From assembly GCF_006345805.1 (NCBI RefSeq), contig NC_043010.1, positions 22,258,001 to 22,322,000 on the forward strand: a DNA stretch of 64,000 nucleotides, given 5' to 3'. Below, in pieces: positions 36,450 through 50,418 of this stretch. A program made the translations under genes and the position numbers. Origin of the DNA: Octopus sinensis. Its lineage: Eukaryota. The notes under the pieces were generated by a model that worked only from the letters and a program-made list of their open reading frames with translations, did not search any database and was not told the origin of the DNA. How positions within the stretch are numbered: the stretch's first letter is position 1; each line of letters opens with the position of its first letter.

Positions 36450-38190
36450 GATATCATTAATTCCAGTAGACAGAAATTGGTTTAGTAGTCAAATAATATA
36501 CTAAGAAATATTAATAGCAAAATCAGAGAAGCTCCTGTGCTACAAAAGTAGAATAATAACAATACTGGAATAGATTAAATGATAAGCATAGCGCTAGATT
36601 TACGCATTTCGATATAGATTTTTATTCCTTTCTATAGAGATCACTGCTTGATAATGCGATGCAGTTTGCTAAAACATATATTGATATACAAATAGAGACC
36701 TAGAATTTATGATGCATGTGAGAAAGCTACTTCTATTTAGTAAGGGCTCAGCGTGGGTTAAAAATTCCGGCACAGATTAATCGTTCAATGTAACGATGTG
36801 ATCGTATGGCAGTGCTGCTTACGTCTATAATCTTCTACGCCTCTATATATTAAATACATTGAGATCTAAGGTCCTATCCCACGCAGGTGCTCTAAACCGA
36901 GACGATGGTTTGAGAATTTCTCGTGGCTACGACGGATATACTCTTGATAAATTGTGGAAAACTCATTGCTACATTTAGTCAATTGAGACTCAAAATCAGT
37001 AATACGATAATGTCAAACGGCAATCTTTTAGAATTTTCCCTACATCTAAACACACACACTTATAAATGTACCGTACGCCCGACATAAAACTTTTCTACAT
37101 ACACAGAAAGTCCTGCCCCCTCCTGTACTGTTTAAAGACCTAATGGATAACATTAGCATTGGGATATCCAAACTCTCTTCTTCAAAAGAATTTTTTGATA
37201 ATGAAAATAGCCCAGCTAATAGTGGTTTCAAGGATAAGTTATATTACAACACTTCTAGTAATGATACGAACAATAAAAATAGACTTAAAAATAGACCTAG
37301 GAAAATAATTTGGTGTGCCCCTCTTCCCTAAATGTTAAAACTAACGTAGGTAATAGATTCCTGACTCTCTTAGATAAGTGTTTCCCAGGAAATCAGAAAT
37401 ACAGGAAAATATAGCTACTGCCCCAATATGAAGTGTATTATTACCTGCAAACACGACCAACAGCCCACTCCCGGTTGAAACAGTCGAGTACCTGGAACTT
37501 GTCCACTCGATCGGGGCTGTATGACAAACTGTCTTACATATGAGGAAAAAGTCACAACAACGCTACATGATAACATAATGGAAGAACTATTATTACATCG
37601 GGTTATGTGAAGGCAACTTCAAAACTTGCTATGCCAATCTCTTATGTTCTTTCCAGTACGTGGACAAAAGTCAAACCACTAAGTTGTCTAGCCACATATG
37701 GAGTTTGAAACCATACAATTAAGTGGTAAATCGTACAAAACTCCAAGTCGTGTGTAAATGATAGAAAAAAAAGCGCTTTTTAGATCTAAGAATTACACTG
37801 CATTGCTGCAATTCAGATCAGAAATTTTCAGAAATGCAAACACATGAACAAGATATTTTGGGCGATTTAGAGAAAACTATCATCTCCATATTTGGCAGCT
37901 ATATCGCAGACTTTAGAAACCTTCCGTTGATTCTACACCATCTAGACTTACGTCTCTTTTGCACTATGCCACTTTTTGAACTCAACTTCCTCAACATTTT
38001 TTCTCGTGACTTCTCCTGTTGTATTGTCCTGATCTGTAACATCAACACGCCATGTACTCACAAACCGGTGATTACTTGGAGAGACTGGGCATTCTTTAAA
38101 ACCTGATTAGATAACATCTTCAATGCGTGAAACTGTTAGTAGCTCATAAGTATATACTGCTTAATTTAAACAATGTATGTATATATATAT
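36450..38190 (+). mobile_element. Decayed Penelope-like retroelement (RT, linker, C-terminal GIY-YIG endonuclease, then 3' non-coding region)
   Basis: Frameshifted motifs in PLE order: ..EIGLVVK, FDI.FY, IMHVRKLLLFSKGSAWVK, FNVTM*SYG, ALNRDDGL (RDD 36898-36906), LFYIHRKS, ISKLSSSKEFFDN, RPRKIIW, VKTNVGNRFLTLLDKCFP, YSYCPNM, YYIGLCEGNFKTCYAN (37591), LSSHIWSLK. Degenerate HHR at 38100-38144 (CTGATTA..GAAA CTGTTAG TA). Confidence 0.88.
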
Positions 38191-38214
38191 ATATTATATA
38201 TATATATATATAAA

Positions 38215-38490
<276 letters not shown>

Positions 38491-38493
38491 ATA

Positions 38494-38541
<48 letters not shown>

Positions 38542-38705
38542 CATATATATATATATAATATATATATATAAATATGCGTGTGTATATGTGTACTTATGTG
38601 TATAATGTGTATATGTATGCGTATTTATATATGTCTGTATATATAGTCAATCCAAACAAGAACAAGCAAGAAAAAACAATAATGCGTGGACGTGGAACAA
38701 GTAAT

Positions 38706-38747
<42 letters not shown>

Positions 38748-39526
38748 ATATAAATAAAAGGGGCAGGCAACAGGTTGCTTAGACACATACTGAGAAATCA
38801 GAAATAGCAGTCAAAGACTATTTATTTCTATTTTCTACAAATGGGACTCCACATACGACATATCCCTGCAATTCACAAATGCAAAACAGAAGGAAGAAAT
38901 AACGAAAGTAAAGTCTAAGTGTTATTTACGAACGCGATTCTGGATTAGGAATATAAAATCCATATCCTTCATCAACGTAACTCTCCACTTCGATAGATCT
39001 TTCAAATGCTATACACCCCTCTACCTCCCGAGCTACGATAGAATTCGCATTTTCCCTCCAACATTCTACCGTGCGTATTACAAAAATAGTTCCTTAGAGA
39101 TAGAACTATGGGTTGCCATAAGGGAGTGAAAATTTCAATTAGTAATATAATAAGAGTAAATAATAATTTTAATAGTTTATAAAAAAACCATCAATTATTT
39201 ACGGTTAGATTTCGGCATGCAAATATAACCATTAACGGTAGGAACTTTTATAAAAATAGTTCAATATATATTTTTGTATATAAATAAAAGGGGCAGGCAA
39301 CAGGTTGCTTAGCCACATACCGAAAAATTAGATATATACATACATGTACACATACGTACCCGTGCACACACATTCACTCCCTCTCACAACATACACATGT
39401 ATGTATGTATGTGTGTGTGTCGTGAAAATCGCCGATAAGAAATTTTTGCCAGTCGTGAATTGTAGGGAAAATATATATGTTGGACAATGTATAGATGTGT
39501 GTATATATATATATAGATACATGTGT

Positions 39527-39568
<42 letters not shown>

Positions 39569-40907
39569 TGTGTGATTGTGTGTGTGTGTGTGTGAGTGTG
39601 TGTGTGTGTATATATGTGCGTGTTTATGTATATGTATATATATATATATATATGTATATATATACATGGTCGACCGGTTGTGCTAATCATGACTTTATGA
39701 CGTGACTGATAATGTTACAATTTCACGCTATCATAAGATGTTTTTATTCGATGTCAGTAGAAGGAAGAGTATTTTGTAAATGAATCAAGCGACAAATAAA
39801 TTTTAGGGGACTTAATTCACACATACACGACATATATGTCCACACATAATACGACAGATATTGCGATCGTTTTTAGTATATTCGTGCCATTTTTTGTGTA
39901 CCCTGATCTAACGAATAAATTCATATCTCGATTCACATTGGAAGCATTAAAAATATTCCCATTCATTTTGTATAGAAAACAGTGAAGTCAAATCAGCTAT
40001 ATTCACGCGCGCGCGCACACACACACATTTACACACACATGCGCGCAATTTCTGCGTGTCTTTCTGATATTACTTTCTGACATTACTTTATGATAGATCT
40101 TCTTCAATGAACTTACCAATAAGAATAAAAGATATTGGTTCAACCAAGGCTGTTCACACGATGTTTTTGTGTGTCCGAAGAAGTCATAATCGAGAGAAAT
40201 ATTTGGAATTTTATTAGATTTTCGTTGAATATAAAGAAAATATTCTGTGAAAGAGAATACGCTGGGTTAAGCAATACTAATTGTAACTGGCAACGTTAGT
40301 TTAGAAACAGCTGTACGCGTTTTCTGTAAATAAACCTAGGCTACCTGTGAATTCTACCATTCTTCCTTTCTTTCTTTTAATCAGTTACACACACAGAAAT
40401 ACAAGTAATATCTCTACTCTGTTAAACTATCAAGTAGGAGAAGTTTAAAAGACGGCTATTTTACTCGCAGACGCGTTATTTTCAATCGTTCTAAAGAAAT
40501 AGCCTGAAGATAGAAGGCGGTACAACATAATTCATTGATATAGCACCTAACTTTACGTTAAAAAGCATATGTTCTTACCGATCAAATATTGGCATGAGAA
40601 ATCTGTTTTGACTCGTGTACGATTATGTGTGTGTGCTTGTGGTGTGTGTGTGTGTATGTGAGTGTATGTGTGTGGTTGGGTGTGTGTCTGTGCGTGTGTG
40701 AAGTGAGGAATTCCTGCAGATATGCAAGCGAGAAATCAAAGAATCGTGTTGTTAAGATGCCGTCTGCAACATCAAGAGCTCGTCGACTAGCTTGCTACAT
40801 CAGACCGTATACTTCGATTCTATATTGATTATCACTATTGCCTGTGAACTTGCAGTGACCTCAACATGTTCGAGATGAACGTGTTTTTCGAACAACAGCT
40901 GGACAAG

Positions 40908-40980
<73 letters not shown>

Positions 40981-41576
40981 CATGTATATATATATAAAAG
41001 TAGTCTAGTTGTTTATATCCTGTATCTCCAGCTAGACTTTTATCCATTGTTCAACTGAAAACATCGAAGAACGAACTAATGGAATGTAAAAGAAACACCA
41101 TACACAGCTCAGACAAAAACACACACAAAAAAGCAACTCACATACAAAAAGCAAGTAAATAAATATAATGTATAAGTGTTCATATTTTGATGTAGAATAT
41201 TACTCTATTTTTGTCTCGCCTCTTATTGTTATCATGTCTCATATATCTGAGTGGATTATTCTATAATTCTATTACTTGTTTCTCCTCGCTGGACTTCGGC
41301 CATGCTGGAGCACTGTCTTGTTGGATTCGATGAACAAAGCAGTAAACATATTAATCCCTAGTGTTTATTTGAAGTCTGACAGTTATTCTATCGACTGTTT
41401 TGCCGAATGGGACGTAAACAAACAAACACTGGATATCAAGTGGTATGGAAACAACTGCAATGACGCAGAGATAAACACACACAAACGTATAGATCACGTG
41501 CTACACACCTCTTCAAGCTCTGCAGTAAACAGCAGAAGTGAGCTAGAACGTTGAAATTTAGCGCGCATGTACAGCA

Positions 41577-41672
41577 TAGTTCAAGGTGAATCTCTGCTAA
41601 GTGGCTTCACTCTCCGTACTTTAACTTTGCTACTACGGTAACAGTCCGGATACTTCTTGATCAGACCTTGTA
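41577..41672 (-). mobile_element. Mariner-like terminal fragment
   Basis: Minus strand begins TA-CAAGGTCTGATCAAGAAGTATCCGGACTG, resembling a mariner TIR; no partner end found. Confidence 0.45.
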
Positions 41673-42359
41673 CATACATCATTGTGTGTATGCGTAGTGT
41701 GTGTGTGTGTGTATGCGTAGTGTGTGTGTGTATGCGTAGTGTGTGTGTGTTTGTGTCTGTGTGTATGTGTGTAAGACAGGATTCTAAGACATAGATTATA
41801 CCACCCGGATTCACTGAGATGGCATCAGCTGATCAGAGGTTATGATAGAAGACATTTACCCAAGACGATACGCTACGGGACTGAACCCGGACCCGTATAG
41901 TTGGGAAGCAAAACCTTTAACCACATCATTGCATTTTCGCCTGAGATTGTTCTTTATTTGTGAACACATGCGCCATAAAAAAAAGACACGCATTGAACAG
42001 AACAATAAACAAAATACCGGATAATGAAACAGCAAAGATGAACGAACAGCAGGAAGTTGATCGGTTGATATGCTAGAAATAGTTAAGAAAAAGAAATTCT
42101 CTCAAACCTCATCCCTAGTAACCGCCGTAGAGAAAAAGGTGCATTCAATAATGTAGTTCTAGAGGCACCATTTCTGAGAATTCGATAAGAGGACAATGAA
42201 TGGAAGGTTCTTAGTTTATATAGGTTTGCTAACTCTAAGGTGACTTAGGAATAAACTCTGCATTTAGTGATCAACCGCACATTGGAGTGGAGCTTTGCTT
42301 TCTCCATTTTTAACATGTCTCCTTGGGAACAATTCTGAGACGAAATATTACAGTTTGAA

Positions 42360-43275
42360 AGGCGGCGTTCAGAGTTCAAATTCCGCCGAGGTCGACTTTG
42401 CCTTTCATCCTTTCAGGGTCAATTAAATAAATACCAGTTAGGCACTGGGGTCGATGTAATCAACTTAATCCCTTCGTCTATCCTTCTTTGTCTCCTCTAT
42501 GTTGAGCCCCTTGTGGACAATAACGAAATAAATATATTACAGTTGGAAAGGAAGCGAGCTAGCAGATCTAGTCGACTGCCCCCACTCCCAAAAAATTTCA
42601 GGAGTTGTGCCTAGAGTAGAAAAGAATATATTACAGTTTTAAGGGGCGAGCTGGCAGAAACATTAGCACACCGGGCGAAATGCATAGCAGTATTTCGTCT
42701 GTCTTTACGTTCTGAGTTCAAATTCCGCCGAGGTCGACTTTGCCTTTCATCCTTTTGGGGTCGATAAATTAAGTACCAGTTGCATACTGGAATCGATCTA
42801 ATCGACTGCTCCCATCTCCAAAAAATTTCGGGGTTTGTGCCTAGAATAGAAAAGAATATATTGTAGTTTTAAAGAGGTGAGCTGGCAGAAACGTTATCAC
42901 ACCGGGCGGAATGCTTAGCGGTATTTCGTCTGCCGCTACGTTCTGAGTTCAAATTCCGCCAAGGTCGACTTTGCCTTTCATCCTTTCGGGGTCGATTAAA
43001 TAAGTACCAGTTACGCACTGGTGTCGATGTAATCGACTTAATCCGTATTGCCTGTCCTTGTTTGTCCCCTCTGTGTTTAAGCCCCTTGTGGGTAGTAAAG
43101 AAATAGGTATTTTGTCTGCCGCTACGTTCTGTGTTCAAATTCCGCCGTGGTCGACTTTGCCTTTCATCCTTTCGGGGTCGATAAATTGAGTACCAGTTGC
43201 GTACAGGAATCGATCTAATCGACTGCCCACCCCGCAAAAAGTTTCAGGCTTTGTGCCTAGAGTAGAAAAGAATAT
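42360..43275 (+). mobile_element. Array of about five SINE family 1 units
   Basis: Repeated ttcaaattccgccgaggtcgactttgcctttcatcc blocks at about 42377, 42718, 42948 and 43135; tails tagagtagaaaagaata. Confidence 0.93.
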
Positions 43276-43279
43276 ATCA

Positions 43280-43292
43280 CAGTTCCACATGG

Positions 43293-43330
<38 letters not shown>

Positions 43331-43343
43331 CCATGTGGAACTG
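43280..43343. repeat. Perfect 64-bp palindrome: 14-bp arms around (TA)18
   Basis: cagttccacatggc-(TA)18-gccatgtggaactg. Confidence 0.95.
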
Positions 43344-43413
43344 GCTATATATTCGAGACGTCAGATATAGACATACAAGGAGATTGGAGCCGAAAATGGA
43401 TAATGAGATTATA

Positions 43414-43450
43414 TGCCATATTTCGGGGGTTGTTGCCCCTTCATTAGCAC
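43414..43450 (-). ncRNA. Degenerate hammerhead-like motif
   Basis: gtg CTAATGA A GGGG caacaac CCCC GAAA TA TG GCA. Confidence 0.4.
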
Positions 43451-43879
43451 CCATCTCAAACACTTCTGTCTTCGAACACATTGCTTGTACAGCCACCAAA
43501 TACAGCAGTGTTAAGTTACTGGATATAACAATTTACATATTAGACGAATTCCTCGAACTGGGATCTGGTATGTAAATATTTTACGTACGTGACACTTCGG
43601 TATGCAAACACAACATGCTATGAAGTACACTAAATGTTTTTATAAGTGCACAGCAAATTAATAGATACATGACCATTATTTATGCGTGTCTTGTATATCA
43701 CTCTGTGTGAAAACCCGTATAACTGGGGCTAGACCTTTGATTTACAATATTCAAAAGTGGTGAACTATAACCTCACAATCTGCCTCAACAATATCCGTAG
43801 TTCTTTACTAATCTAAACAATACTGTCAGTCTGGTGTACTAATAAAGAGTTTTAAAGTAGTTTGATAATCCCTCACAAT

Positions 43880-44066
43880 GTATATAAATGCAGCTACTCA
43901 CGTGTTGTTGCTGACTTTTTTCCTTCTTGCATCCTTTTGCTCTTGGACGAAGTGCTATGCTCGAAACGTCAAAAGCTCTTTCACCTTACTGAGCGTCGAA
44001 CTGATACATTCCGGTTGATGCTTGTTATTGTTATTTTTAATCTTTAATGCTTATTTATTCGATTTC
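43880..44066 (+). mobile_element. Family F element, degenerate HHR-like motif at 43941-43975
   Basis: tctt GGACGA A GTGC tat GCTC GAAA CG TC AAAAG; ends at (TA)n. Confidence 0.55.
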
Positions 44067-44146
<80 letters not shown>

Positions 44147-44739
44147 TACAAGCGCGTGCACACCAGTGCATATATATGTGTACTTATATATTTCAATTCA
44201 TCTATATATATATATATATATATTTAAAAATTGAGGGAGATAAATTAATATTAATTTTAATATCAATTTAAAACCAGTAGTCCAGCATTCAAAAAATCTG
44301 AGGAGTCAGATATATATGCATATACATACATACATACACACATGCATATATGTGTGTTTATATGAGAGAGAGAGAGAGAGAGAGAGTACGTGAAGGAGAG
44401 AGAATGGAGACAGAGATTGTATTTACATACCTACATATCTGATAAGAACGACGATGATAATGACAATCTTGCCCAGGTATTTTCAATGAATTCTCCGTCT
44501 CTTCTCCTTCCCTGTTTGTCTGTGCGCCTGTCTTTCTCTCTCTCATTTTGTCTCTCTCTCCCTCTCTCTCTCTCTCCCTCTCTCTCTCTCTCTCTGCTTG
44601 TTTCTCCCTCTCATTTAATAACGAACATAAATAGATAAATTTAATCGCATTTGTTTAAAAACGAATTGAATGTTTTGAAACTGTGCCTGACTCATTGAAA
44701 AGGTCATTCGTACTCTTAAAATGAACGTGAATCGTTCTG

Positions 44740-44776
<37 letters not shown>

Positions 44777-44876
44777 CTCTTTTTTTTATTTCTTTTGTCT
44801 GCACAAAATGTTAATCGTGACTAAACCAACTCGAACTCGTGATCTACCGAACTGGTGCATACTGTGCATAACATCT

Positions 44877-46403
44877 TCAGCATCGACTTATTGTTGATTG
44901 TATCCTTACTGCTGTTTTCCCCGTATTTATAATTAATTCTAGCACAGACACAAAAGTAACGAATTGGTAACAGTGTCGTACAGAATGCCTTCCGGTATTT
45001 ATTCCATTCTCCACTGCAGTCGACTTATCACTTCATCGTTTCGAGGTCGATGAAGAATATAGCAATTCCGAGCAAGGATTGATGGAACTGTAAGAGTTTC
45101 CAACAGGATGCCGTGACTGTAAATCTTTCATTCTGACAGCAAATCTTGCTATGCCACTGGTACGAGAGTGTATTGGTCTTGCTTGGGACATCATTGGAGG
45201 CAAAAGGTATGGAAGGATTTTCATACTTACACGATTGCTAGTCTTCCACAAATGCCCTAGTAAGCCTACGTCACGGAGAGAAAATTTGGGAATTCAGAAA
45301 TCCATTATCAACCCTCAATGAGGGCTGATATATGCACTCAAAGTCACGGACATGATAGAGAAGAGGCGGTATGTATATTTGATTAAATTGATATCTAATG
45401 CTGATACAATAGCTTAAATTTCGTGGGGTACGTAGAAATGAGGATCCCCGAACTTTAAACCTGAATTCAAATTTGAACCATTTACTGGTGATGTTTCTAG
45501 AAAACTTTATGAAATTATGTATTCCAAATTTAGCTCAGGTTCAACAGTTTTAGGTAACGGATCAGTCAAGTACATTTGATCGCAGTATTTGACTGAGACT
45601 TTATTTTCTCGACTCCGAAAAGATGAAAGGCAAAGGGGACTGAAATTTGTAGTATCTGAATTCAGAGCATCGGGAACCGGAAGAAATATCGCTATGCATT
45701 TTATCCGACACGCTAATGATTCTATCAACTCACCACCTTAAGTTTACTGAATAACCTTTTCTACTCCAGGCACAAGGCTTGAAAGTTTTAGGGGAAGGAC
45801 CTAGTTGATTACATTGAACCCAGTACTTGACTGATATTTATGTAATAGATTCCAAAGATATGAAAGGCAAAGTCTAACTCGGTGGAATTTCAACTCAGAA
45901 CATAAAGACAAACGAAATGCCGCTGGCCTTTTTCAAACGGTTCAGCTGACTCCTCGCCTCGCCTTGCTTTAATGAATAATAAATTCAGTTTATAGTGAAA
46001 TACTTTGATGATGTCTACAAACAAATCAGGGCTATAAAAGTTTCATCACTATGAATTTGTAAACTTAAAGTTTTAAAATATTCCTCGAGGAATGTGAAGT
46101 CACATTTTGCAGTCGAAGTCTGTTGGACACAGCGTTGTCGTTAGACCTAACACGTCGTAAAGTAAGTACCACCATGATCGATATCCAAACTACAGTGGAA
46201 AAGGCTGGGCACTAGATTTGGTTAAAAAAGAGACGACGAGCGATGGCTGGGAGAATATTGAGCTTTATTTTATAACCAGTTGATCTAGCAAGTGGGGCCT
46301 CATATCAGCATCAAATTATTGTTGATTGCATCCTTACAGCTCTTTTCCCCGTATTTATAATTAATTCTAGCACAGACACTAAAGTAACGAATTGGTAACA
46401 GTG
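44877..46403 (+). repeat. 99-bp direct repeat pair (44877-44975, 46305-46403), ungapped, 1428 bp apart
   Basis: tcagcatc..ttattgttgattg..ttttccccgtatttataattaattctagcacagacac..aaagtaacgaattggtaacagtg in both copies. Confidence 0.9.
45760..45930 (-). mobile_element. SINE family 1, diverged
   Basis: Reverse complement of the family 1 body and tail. Confidence 0.65.
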
Positions 46404-47799
46404 GGGCCCGGCGCACATTCATGCCGTCGAGTGGTATGCCTCGAAACGGCGCGCATTCTCTCCTGATGACCCCTTACACTTGCTGGCTTCTGGTATGTGG
46501 AGCTCTCGATTGGTAGCACTTGAATGTGCAAGTTGTTTGCAAAACATCTCAGTTACGAATAGTTATGAACTCATAATTTACTCACGGAATTTAAAAGCTT
46601 CTTTACCCCCCCCCTCCACCACCACCAGCACAAAGCATTCGATTAAGATCAATGATCAGTGATTATAACGTATTTCTGACCTCAGAAAAAGACAGTATAA
46701 ATAATTGTGATCTTTATGGGATTTGAAATCAGAAAGTAAAGAAATGTAACTAAAACAACGCAGTGTATGACTGGTACAGGTTTTATCGACCTTGGAGGCT
46801 AGAAAATCAAGGTTGAATTTCGTTAAATTCGAAATCCAAACATAAAAGTATCTGATTCTAATACTACCAGGTATTTTGTCCTCCATTCCGTACAGTTGTA
46901 TTGATTTCTGATACATACATGAGACGTCAAATTTAAAGGTACGGCTATGATCGATTACATCGAAAAGCCAATACTTAATTGATACTTATTTTATCGATCC
47001 CACATAAAAAAGTACACGATTGATTCCTGGGATCAATATATCGACTAAACTACTCCAGTAAAATTCATGACATTCTGCGAATATGAGAATTCTAAATTTT
47101 ACATAATTTTTCTTTAATGCAAAATTTACTGAATTACTATAAATATTCTGGCCCTATGCTTTCTGAGTTCAAATCCCGCCAAGATCAGTTTTGCATTTCT
47201 TCTTTTCGGGTTCGTTAAGATAAACTACTAGACCAAGGCGATGGATTGGCAGAGCTATTATAACATCAGGTGAAATCCCTCACAGTATTATTTTCGGTTC
47301 TCAGCGTTCCAAATTCTTAGATGTTATCCAATGAAACACCCTGTTTAACATCACCAGCTGGTATCCATGAGGCTTTAGCGGAGTCCACTGTGTTATAAGC
47401 AACCAAAACAGGTCTCCACTTTGAGAATAGTTTCATTCTTGTCTCCACCAGGCGACTCTGTAAAGGTAAAAGCCCACAGGCGCTGCCATTCTCTTCATGA
47501 CTAAATATTGTTTCTTTCGTATTTGATTTATGCTCCTTGCAATTTATTTACAATTGTACTTTCAACAGACAATAATTCAAATGTGTTGCTTAGCTATATG
47601 TTGACATTCTATCCATGACCACACAGTCTATTCTTTCTTCAAACCTCTCTACTCAGAATCACATTAGCTAATATATTCTACTTTTCTAAGGATGGCGAAT
47701 ATGACTTAAAGTAGATTTAGTTGTTATTTCTAGCTGTTTGCTCAGAAAACTTACATTCATCCAATATTTTGGCGTTTCTGTCGAGGTGCTCAAAATCAT

Positions 47800-48490
47800 T
47801 TGTGAATTAAGGGTACCATTTGCCTTTGTTGCTGATTGAGTGCAAAATAAATCATTGTTTTTTTTTTCTCGGACAGTATTCTATGATGGACGACACTCTT
47901 CATATCCCACCAAACGCAGCATAGCATATTTTTCGGTGGGGAATGTAGTCCTGGTTTTTTAATGAAGTCTCCTATTTTCATTCGGTGCAAACCATTGCTG
48001 TTTTCGCTGGATGCGATCACAGAACTCCTACTTTTCATAACTTGTGATAATTCTACTCAGGAAATATTCGTTAGCAAGTCTTATTGTTAATGATGAGCAG
48101 AAGACAACTCTTTGATTAAGACGAAATGCAATCAGATGAGGAGGAACCGACAGTCCAAGTATACACACATTTCCTGGTTCAAGAAGGACTTTTGACCAAA
48201 GTATACCTTGAATTGAAAAGTTTTGTTCATTTTCGTGCATTTTACTTAAGACTTTCTTTAACTACGGTTTTCAGAAGTTCACTATCGATAGAATTTGGCT
48301 GACTAAATCGAGGGGAAATTTCGACAGAAAAATTTCCAGAGTGAAATTGATTAAGCCATCATTGGAATGTCCGGTAACTTAAAACTTCATTTCCAAAGGC
48401 TGCACGAATATTTCTTGTTATGTCCTTGATTTGAAGTGGCCCTTCTAATTCTGTACAGAATACGGTGTCAGACATGAATCTCATCTAAAC
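47800..48490 (-). mobile_element. Heavily decayed mariner transposase remnant
   Basis: ITRNIRAAFGNEVLSYRTFQ*W..FHSGNFS..; ..RLNQRVVFCSSL..FLSRIITSYEK..; LHSPPKNMLCCVWWDMKSVVHH (mariner DEKW and LHPKKxMLCVWWD regions). Confidence 0.8.
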
Positions 48491-49862
48491 TCGTTTTAAA
48501 AGAGGGAATGCGATGCGAGTGTATAAAGTAATCTTCAAGCACAAAAGATAATTTGAATAAAATAATTAATGCTTATTTTACCGAATTGAAAAAAGTACTC
48601 TAAACATGACCATTTCAAAAATACGACAGGACCTGGTTTCCAACCTAATATACATATGCTTAAGTATGTACGGACTTATACATAGTTGTATAAAGCTTCT
48701 GGAAAGAAAAAAAATTTGACACCGTTTCGCTCTGACTTTGAAATATATTCCCTTATCTTCACAGCCTTCCTATAAAAATATAGTCTTCAAATGTGTGTGT
48801 GTGGGTGTTTATGTGCATATGATGGTGCGTATGATAAGTATTTGTGTGTTTGTTTGTGTTCGTGTGTGTGTGTGTGCGTGTGTATGCACGGTCCAGATAG
48901 GAACTAATATTTTCATGCATAAATATCTATTACTTTGAAGTGGAAAATCCCGCGTTATGTCTAATAAAGCCGTCGGTTATATTCAATGAAATTGTAGTAA
49001 CTATAAATTACAACAAGCCATTGTTATTAATTATTTCATGAAGACAAGCAACATTGGCAAGCTGTATTTAAGTATTTTTCCCTTATTTCTCCACGAACGT
49101 TAAGTGAAGTCAATATTCGGGTGAATAATATTTGAAGAAAATTAGATATCGGAACAAATTTTCAATGGTGAGAGTTATTGATATAATCCAGAGAAGCTTG
49201 TTTTTATTTGCTTTGTTTTACTTTACTCTATTTTTTTCTTTTTCGTTTTTCTATTCTATTTCATTTGCTGTGTTTCTTCCGAGGCGTTATTACTTCTAAT
49301 GCTTTATTATATTCATTTTGTTTCCCTACGAGCAAACTGTTATTTTCAAAGGCAAAAAGAGGAATTATCATGGCGAAAGCGATATGTAATAGAAATATTA
49401 ATCTAAGAAGAATAGGACTGCACACGCACGCACACACACGCGCACACACACACACGCACACACACACACCACACACACACACACACACACACGCACACAC
49501 ACATACATACACACACATGTTATGGGTATTATGATGATGACTAAAACACTTTTTTTCTGGGACTATAAAATTATTGATTGTAGTTAATACTCAGTAGAAT
49601 ATGAGTTAATAATAACACATATTGCAAAGATCTTATATAACTTACGCTTGTGCTTCTTAAATGTATCGTAGGTCCGTGCGTTTGTAAGTTTGCATGATTA
49701 TACATATAAGGAGATGTTTTTGTAAGGAGTGTACATGTGTGTGTCTGTGTGTCTAGGTGAAGTATGGCTGAATTTAAGAACTTCTCGAAAATACAAGGTT
49801 CCGAGTTCGATCGCAATGCGTTGCAGCTTGACAAAATAACACTTTCTATAATTTTCTATACT

Positions 49863-49936
49863 GGACTCGTGGCACAATGGATAACGCAATCTGACAACGG
49901 CTCAGGAGCCTTCAAGTTCAGTTCCTGGCGTACTCG
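49863..49936 (+). pseudogene. tRNA-Arg(ACG) pseudogene or isolated tRNA-derived SINE head
   Basis: ggactcgtggcacaatggataacgcaatctgacaACGgctcagga..gttcagttcctggcgtactcg aligns with the eukaryotic tRNA-Arg(ACG) pattern; the acceptor stem and T-loop are disrupted. Confidence 0.7.
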
Positions 49937-49964
49937 AACTCCTCAAATGATATTTATAGGCCTA

Positions 49965-50122
49965 GGAGTAACTATGTGGTAAGTAGCTTGCTAACGAAAC
50001 ACATGGTTTCGGGTTCAGTCCCACTGCGTGGCACCTTGGGCAAGTGTCTTCTACTATAGCCTCGGGCCGACCAAAGCCTTGTGAGTGGATTTGGTAGACG
50101 GAAACCGAAAGAACCCCGCCGC

Positions 50123-50178
<56 letters not shown>

Positions 50179-50418
50179 ATGTGTATGTGTGTATGTGTGT
50201 ATGTTTGTGTGTTTGTGTTTGTCCTCCAGCATCGTTTAACAACCGATGCTGGTGTGTTTACGTCCCCGTCACTTAGTGGTTCGGCAAAAGAGATCGATAG
50301 AATAAGTACTAGGCTTACAAAGAATAAGTCCTGGGGTCGATTTGCTCGACTAAAAGGTGTTGCTCCAGCATGGCCACAGTCAAATGACTGAAACAAGTAA
50401 AAGAGTAAAAGAGTAAAA
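49965..50418 (+). mobile_element. SINE family 2, full length
   Basis: Collinear with 4056-4479; (aaagagt)n tail. Confidence 0.93.

Noticed and set aside
40620-40900. Protein-like minus-strand stretches (RRALDVADGILTTRFFDF)
   Set aside because: Weak acceptor, no donor, and nearby stops in the frames that have good splice sites.
46420-46475. Hairpin plus GAAA and CTGATGA as a hammerhead
   Set aside because: Stem II cannot form (cctc vs cccc).
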